A DNA stretch of 64,000 nucleotides from a bacterium. GTDB taxonomy: Bacteria > AUK180. The position numbers and the translations under genes are program-made. The stretch is taken from NCBI GenBank assembly GCA_023144005.1, contig JAGLGN010000006.1:148440-212439 (forward strand), read 5' to 3'. The notes under the pieces are model-generated. The model had not been told where the DNA came from, did not search any database, and saw only the letters and a program-made list of their open reading frames with translations. The number at the start of each line of letters is the position of its first letter. Position 1 is the stretch's first letter. Of the stretch, positions 59,049-64,000 are shown in pieces.

Positions 59049-59882
59049 ATGAATACAATACTTCTATTGGGCTCAACCGGACTTCTGGGAAATGATCTCC
59101 GCAAAAAGGCGGAAGGCCGATTCAATATCATTGCGCCCTCATCATCGGAATGTGATCTTCTGAAACCGGGGAGCGTCGCGGAATTCATTGAGAGAATTTC
59201 GCCCGATATTATTATCAATTCCGCCGCTATGACCAATGTGGATGACGCTGAATTATACAAAGAAAAAGCAATGCAGATCAATGCGTACGCTGTCAGAGAG
59301 ATCGCCAAAGCGGCCAAGGAAAAGAATATTCTCTTTGTGCATATCTCCACTGATTATGTATTCAACGGGACCTCTGAAGAACCCTATTCCGAGGAAGACC
59401 CGCGCAATGCCGCCAACTTCTACGGCTACACCAAGGTAATAGCGGAAGAATTCATACAAGAGACAGCGGAGGATATGCTGATATTCAGGGTGGCTTGGCT
59501 TATCGGAAAGAGAAGAAAAACATTGTTCGATATGATCCGGGAGTTCGACGGAAAACATCTGAAGATCATCGATGATCAATGGGGAGATCCCACATTTTCT
59601 TTCTGGGCAGCTGAGATCATCCTGGAGTCTATTGAAAAAAGGATCCCCCGGGGCATTTACAATCTCACTTCATCCGCAAATATAACAAGATTTGAATTCG
59701 CGAAAAAATTAAAGGAGAAGCTGGGACTGAAATTTGAACTCAGCGCGATCGGATCAACCGCTCTGAAACGCCCCGCATTGCGCCCACGGGCGACATCTCT
59801 GATCAATCAAAAACTCAGCAATGCCCTGAAAAGAAAACTCCCCTCATGGGAAGAGCAGTTAGATCTGTTTTTACAGGGATAA
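59049..59882 (+). CDS. dTDP-4-dehydrorhamnose reductase-like SDR (RmlD family)
   Basis: 277 aa with LLLGSTGLLG Rossmann start and a YxxxK region (YGYTK). Confidence 0.7.
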   Translation: MNTILLLGSTGLLGNDLRKKAEGRFNIIAPSSSECDLLKPGSVAEFIERISPDIIINSAAMTNVDDAELYKEKAMQINAYAVREIAKAAKEKNILFVHISTDYVFNGTSEEPYSEEDPRNAANFYGYTKVIAEEFIQETAEDMLIFRVAWLIGKRRKTLFDMIREFDGKHLKIIDDQWGDPTFSFWAAEIILESIEKRIPRGIYNLTSSANITRFEFAKKLKEKLGLKFELSAIGSTALKRPALRPRATSLINQKLSNALKRKLPSWEEQLDLFLQG

Positions 59883-59887
59883 TGCCG

Positions 59888-62029
59888 ATGAACAAGGAGC
59901 TTGGGAAGCCATCCGAGGTATTTAACGAAGATAAGGTAAAAAAGATCCTTATCGACACCATTCAGAATATGAGGGGAATAGTCCTTACAAAAAGCGATAA
60001 TGAACAGATCGCAATGGCGGTGCAGTTCCTTTTAAAATTCCTCGGCCCCAAACACCGTATGGACTATCATCCCGCAGCGCTTCACTCGATCAGAGTGGCT
60101 ATTAAATGCGTTACTTACTACAAGATATACGACAAAGAGATGATAATGGCGGCGCTTTTGCATGATGTCGTGGAGGATTCCAAGGTCTCTATTGACGAGG
60201 TCAGAAAGAAGTTCGGCTACAATGTCGCTTATCTGGTGGACGGCCTTACAAAATATAAATTCGCCGAAGAAGATGTCTCAAAGATGGTAAAAGAAGCGAC
60301 TTCCCTGATCAAGCTGATCCTTTTTGCGCAGAAAGATATCAGGATCATCCTAATTAAATTCATGGACCGGATAGACAATATCGAGACCATCAGAGCGACG
60401 CCGAATATACAGAAAATCGTAAAAACAAAAGAAACCTTCGACATATACATCCCCATCGCGGACGCCTTGAATATGTGGAAAGTGAAGATGTACCTGGAGA
60501 ACCTCGCTTTCAAGATCCAATACGGTGAATTCGCCCATCTGGTTTACGAGGAATTCTACAATTTCAAGAGCGAGAAATTCAAAGGGACCAATTCGGAAGC
60601 GTATATCAAGGGAAATATCATTAAGAAGATCGCGAGGGAATTAAAAAAGAGAAAGATAAAGATCATGAATCTCAAGTACCGCGAGAAGAGCCTTTACGGC
60701 ATACATAAAAAAATGCAGAAGGTCGCCACCTCCATCGATCTGATCTATGATCTTTTCGGGATCAAGGTCATTGTCGACAGAGAGATCGAATGTTATCAGG
60801 CGCTGGAAGCTATACAGAAGATATTTCCGACATTCATCCGAGTGAAGGATTACATTAAGAATCCGAAGAATAACGGATATAAATCAATTCATCTGGACAT
60901 TCAGGATCCTAAATTGAAGATATGGATAGAATTGCAGATCAAAACAGATGAAATGGAGGCTTATAATGAATACGGGCCTGCGGCACACCCCCTTTACAAG
61001 GGGTGGGAATTTCATTCCTATCAATTCCAGGACATCGGAAAGGTGTATGAGATGCTTGAGAATGTTCTGAAATCCAGAAGATTGAATCCCGAGGTCCTTG
61101 ATATCAATATCCTCACTCCCGCCGGTGACAAGATTACCCTTCCTTACGGCTCAACCGTTCTTGACCTCGCATACCGTATTCACTCCGACATCGGATATCA
61201 TTGCAAACAGGCCAAGATCAACAGGGTCAATATTCTCGGCGAATTGATCGTTTCCCCTGAAGAAATACTGCATGACGGTGACCGGATCGAGATCATAGTG
61301 GATCCGGAAACACATCCCGCGATCGACTGGCTCTTACATGTAAGAACACATGATGCCTTTAAATCAATTAAGAACTGGCTGTATCATTATTATAACTCCG
61401 AAGAAATCGGGAATGCGTTGTCGCGGTCCATTGCCGATCTCGAGAAAAAAGGGAGAAATTCTCCAATATACTCCGTTGTTAAAGGCATTTACAAAGATAT
61501 TTATCCCGCTGACCTGAAGAAGATCAAAAAGGATCCCGTAAAAACAAAGCTCCCTTTAACGGCCATGTATAAGGTTGTAGTGCCAAAGACCGGTGAAGAG
61601 ATCGTTGATTTCAAATTGGCGCTTTGCTGCAGCCCGCTTCAGGGAGAGCCGATAGTCGGGATCAGATCCAAGGACGGAATGGTAATACACAAAGAGAACT
61701 GCCTTACCGCTGGTGCAAAAGCGATACCGATCAGATGGGCCACCGACCATAATGCAAAGAAATGGAAGACAAAGATCTATTTCTCTTTAGAGCAGAAAAC
61801 AGACCGCAGGAAGGCACAGAAGAAATTAGAAAAGATCTTAAAGATGGCGCTAAGCGGATATGAGGGGTATTATGAAAATCTCGAGATCCAATTTTCATCC
61901 GTGGACGAACAAAAGACCTCTTCGGGGTATATTTTCATTGATGTGAATACTTCCAGGGTCACAAGAAAAATAAAGGAGGCTTTCCTGGATGATAAAAGCA
62001 TCTCCGGAGTTCTTCCGAACTGCTGGTAA
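59888..62029 (+). CDS. Bifunctional (p)ppGpp synthetase/hydrolase (RelA/SpoT homologue)
   Basis: Start at MNKELGK, with AGGGA 8 nt upstream. Contains an HD hydrolase domain (LLHDVVED), a synthetase domain (YKSIHLDI), then TGS and ACT-like C-terminal domains. Confidence 0.9.
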   Translation: MNKELGKPSEVFNEDKVKKILIDTIQNMRGIVLTKSDNEQIAMAVQFLLKFLGPKHRMDYHPAALHSIRVAIKCVTYYKIYDKEMIMAALLHDVVEDSKVSIDEVRKKFGYNVAYLVDGLTKYKFAEEDVSKMVKEATSLIKLILFAQKDIRIILIKFMDRIDNIETIRATPNIQKIVKTKETFDIYIPIADALNMWKVKMYLENLAFKIQYGEFAHLVYEEFYNFKSEKFKGTNSEAYIKGNIIKKIARELKKRKIKIMNLKYREKSLYGIHKKMQKVATSIDLIYDLFGIKVIVDREIECYQALEAIQKIFPTFIRVKDYIKNPKNNGYKSIHLDIQDPKLKIWIELQIKTDEMEAYNEYGPAAHPLYKGWEFHSYQFQDIGKVYEMLENVLKSRRLNPEVLDINILTPAGDKITLPYGSTVLDLAYRIHSDIGYHCKQAKINRVNILGELIVSPEEILHDGDRIEIIVDPETHPAIDWLLHVRTHDAFKSIKNWLYHYYNSEEIGNALSRSIADLEKKGRNSPIYSVVKGIYKDIYPADLKKIKKDPVKTKLPLTAMYKVVVPKTGEEIVDFKLALCCSPLQGEPIVGIRSKDGMVIHKENCLTAGAKAIPIRWATDHNAKKWKTKIYFSLEQKTDRRKAQKKLEKILKMALSGYEGYYENLEIQFSSVDEQKTSSGYIFIDVNTSRVTRKIKEAFLDDKSISGVLPNCW

Positions 62030-63204
62030 CGGCTCGCTGATTTTCCTTGATACTCCTTTCGTATCTGCCTTTACAACAAGGTTAAATGGTGTTTCTTCGG
62101 GCAATTTCTCATCTTTCAATCTATACTTCGGTAGAGGGGATAAACTGGAAGATGTTGAGCGTAACTGGGAGATTTTGCGCGAATATCTTGATTTTAACGG
62201 CAAGATCGTCTTGCCGCAGCAAATACACTCATCTACGATAAAATATGTTCCTGAAAATCTCGAACAAGGCGGTATCAACCATATTCCTCAATGTGATGGA
62301 TTGATAACGGACAAAAAAGGGGTCCTCACAGGAGTAATGTTCGCCGATTGCCTTCCGGTGCTTATCTGGGGTACGAGATATGCCGCTATTCTGCATGCCG
62401 GATGGCGGGGACTCGCGTCCGGGATCATTGGAAATGGGGTACGCGAACTTATCTCCAAGGGAGAAAACCCATCAGAACTCAATGCGGCCTTGGGACCGTG
62501 TATAGCCGCGGAAGATTATGAAGTAGGTCAAGAAGTTGTCCGTGCCTTCACCGACGCCGGGCTTGAAAATGCCGTTGAACGGTCAGGCAGCAGCTATAGT
62601 GTACTATTCCATATATACCATATCAATGGAATGTTTAGATTTGAGTCAATTCCAACGAACAATAAGCGCAGCGTACCCTTTGTGGTCCGTAAGCGAAGAG
62701 AGAGGAAGAAATTGACCAAAGATGATATTCCCTTCGAGCTGAAGCTCTTTTTCTGTCTTCTGCGTTGCAAGTGCTCTGATTTAAAATCCGCTGACAATGG
62801 AATGTTTAGATTTGAGGCAATTCCAACGAATAATGAGCACGGCGTACCCTTGGTGGTCCGTGAGCGAAGAATGAGGAAGAAATTGACCAAAGATAAGATT
62901 CCCTCTGGGCTGAATCTCTTTTGCCGTCTTCTACGTTCCTCGTCCCTTACATACCGCCTGCGGGTATGCAGCGCTCCTCGCTCCTTGAATACGACACAAA
63001 ATAGTTTCAGCCATTGTTGTGGTATTTATGGAACAGCACACTCGAGCATCTCTTGTCAAAGGTGCTGTCTTTCAATTGATCGAATTCAAAGTTGCCAATA
63101 TCTATTTTGAAAGGTATAATACATACGGACAGAGTGAGAAATTTTTCTCTTACCGAAGGGACGGAGCGAAGGTAGGAGAGATGCTGATGTTTTTTATCCT
63201 ATAG
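61989..63204 (+). pseudogene. pgeF: pgeF/yfiH (DUF152 purine nucleoside phosphorylase / peptidoglycan editing factor) interrupted by a 445-bp element
   Basis: The 5' part (61989-62597) aligns to YfiH up to ...AFTDAGLENAVERSGSSY (ADCLPV, HAGWRGL). The 3' part (63043-63204) encodes RASLVKGAVFQLIEFKVANIYFERYNTYGQSEKFFSYRRDGAKVGEMLMFFIL, matching the YfiH C-terminus (ETFFSYRRD). Removing 62598-63042 joins the two in frame. Confidence 0.7.
62598..63042 (-). mobile_element. MITE-like element copy C (composite, 445 bp, reverse orientation) inserted in pgeF
   Basis: Outer TIRs AGTGTACTATTCCATATATACCATATCAATGG / CCATTGTTGTGGTATTTATGGAACAGCACACT. An internal partial body is followed by a second B-type start-TIR (AGTGCTCTGATTTAAAATCCGCTGACAATGG) near 62775, then a complete body. 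Confidence 0.65.
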
Positions 63205-63212
63205 GAGAGATT

Positions 63213-63563
63213 ATGAAGATAAATTTTTTTGAACATGGAAAAATCGAAATTGACGGTATAGTTTACACAAATGATCTGATAATCTCTCCGGAAAAAGTGA
63301 TCAAAGACTGGCGAAGGAAAAAAGGGCACAGGCTTTTAAAGGAAGATATCGAGCGTTATAAGGAAATGATCCTGAACTCGGGATATCTGCTCTGCGGATG
63401 CGGTACTTCAAAGAAGGTCAAACTGGACAAGGAGTTTCTGGAGTGGGTCAAGATAAATGACATAATATTTTTTCATGGAGAAACGGGTAGCATCACTAAA
63501 TTATACAATGAAGCCGTGGAGCGGGGGCATAAACCCATCGCGCTGCTGCATTTGACTTGCTGA
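63213..63563 (+). CDS. Small conserved hypothetical protein (possibly Mth938-like/DUF498)
   Basis: 116 aa, soluble. Assignment is by recollection of family features only. Confidence 0.35.
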   Translation: MKINFFEHGKIEIDGIVYTNDLIISPEKVIKDWRRKKGHRLLKEDIERYKEMILNSGYLLCGCGTSKKVKLDKEFLEWVKINDIIFFHGETGSITKLYNEAVERGHKPIALLHLTC

Positions 63564-63595
63564 TGGTATCTATCTATATTCCATAGATCAGAACA

Positions 63596-64000
63596 CTATC
63601 TTCCGGAATATATCTTATTCTTCAATCTTTCGAGTTTTAATTTGAAATCAGAATCCGTTATTCTGAGTTTATCGATCTTTCTTACGGCGTTCAATACGGT
63701 AGTGTGGTCCTTTCCACCGAATTCATTCGCGATAGACGGATAGGAAAGCTTCAAGAGTTTTTTCATGAAATACATGGCGACCTGCCGTGGAATAAGAACA
63801 TTCTTTGTGCGTCTTGTGGAGGTTATTTCCGAAAGCCGGATATCAAAGAATGCGGAGGTTTGCGTCATTATCGAATCAATATTAAGTACACTTTGAGGGA
63901 TAAGCGAACACAATAGGGATTTGATCTGATCGTCAGAAAATTGTTTGCCCTCGATCTTCTGTTTCATGCTTATCCTTTTCAATGCGGTGATAAGGTCCCT
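63596..64000 (-). CDS. dnaA: Chromosomal replication initiator DnaA, C-terminal part (domain IV). The N-terminus lies beyond the window end.
   Basis: The frame is open to the window edge. LIPRQVAMYFMKKLLKLSYPSIANEFGGKDHTTVLNAVRKIDKL matches DnaA DNA-binding domain IV (PRQVAMYL...GGRDHTTV). Confidence 0.8.
   Translation of the reverse strand, partial: RDLITALKRISMKQKIEGKQFSDDQIKSLLCSLIPQSVLNIDSIMTQTSAFFDIRLSEITSTRRTKNVLIPRQVAMYFMKKLLKLSYPSIANEFGGKDHTTVLNAVRKIDKLRITDSDFKLKLERLKNKIYSGR

Noticed and set aside
58919-59350. 143-aa minus-strand ORF overlapping the rmlD-like gene
   Set aside because: No homology. It is antisense to a well-supported SDR gene.

Overview
This 64-kb window looks like chromosomal DNA from an anaerobic, amino-acid/2-oxoacid-fermenting bacterium (GC about 45%). 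A truncated dnaA at the right edge suggests the replication origin is nearby. Core metabolism and housekeeping genes dominate: yebC, a bifunctional formiminotransferase-cyclodeaminase, iorAB, glyS, ppdK, a korDABG-type 2-oxoacid:ferredoxin oxidoreductase operon followed by queH, apbC and a DinG-like helicase, two SSS symporters, tRNA-Ala(CGC), trmFO, the ileS-dksA/traR-lspA-lgt-rluD block, a bifunctional RelA/SpoT homologue and pgeF. Accessory content is a tripartite HipB/HipS/HipT-like toxin-antitoxin operon with a four-dyad operator array, a surface-polysaccharide/nonulosonic-acid locus (wzx, acetyltransferase, pyruvyl transferase, neuB/pseI-type synthase, a cytidylyltransferase-PseG-like fusion, GT2, rmlD-like), a paralogous pair of unusual GT-B-like genes of which one is a 1390-aa fusion ending in a phosphodiester-glycosidase (NAGPA-like) domain, a 927-aa membrane coiled-coil protein overlapping trmFO, a tandem-cyclase/AAA/TPR STAND protein, and an AMMECR1 + Memo pair. 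The most unusual signal is non-coding. A family of about 273-bp elements with 32-bp terminal inverted repeats occurs three times: once intergenic, once nested inside a second repeat family, and once as a 445-bp composite copy that splits pgeF such that exact removal restores the reading frame. There are also C-free tandem 9-mer and 7-mer arrays and a 27-28-nt sequence shared by the flanks of both symporter genes. No CRISPR array, rRNA or transposase gene is present in the window. Coordinates of non-ORF features are approximate to within a few nt.
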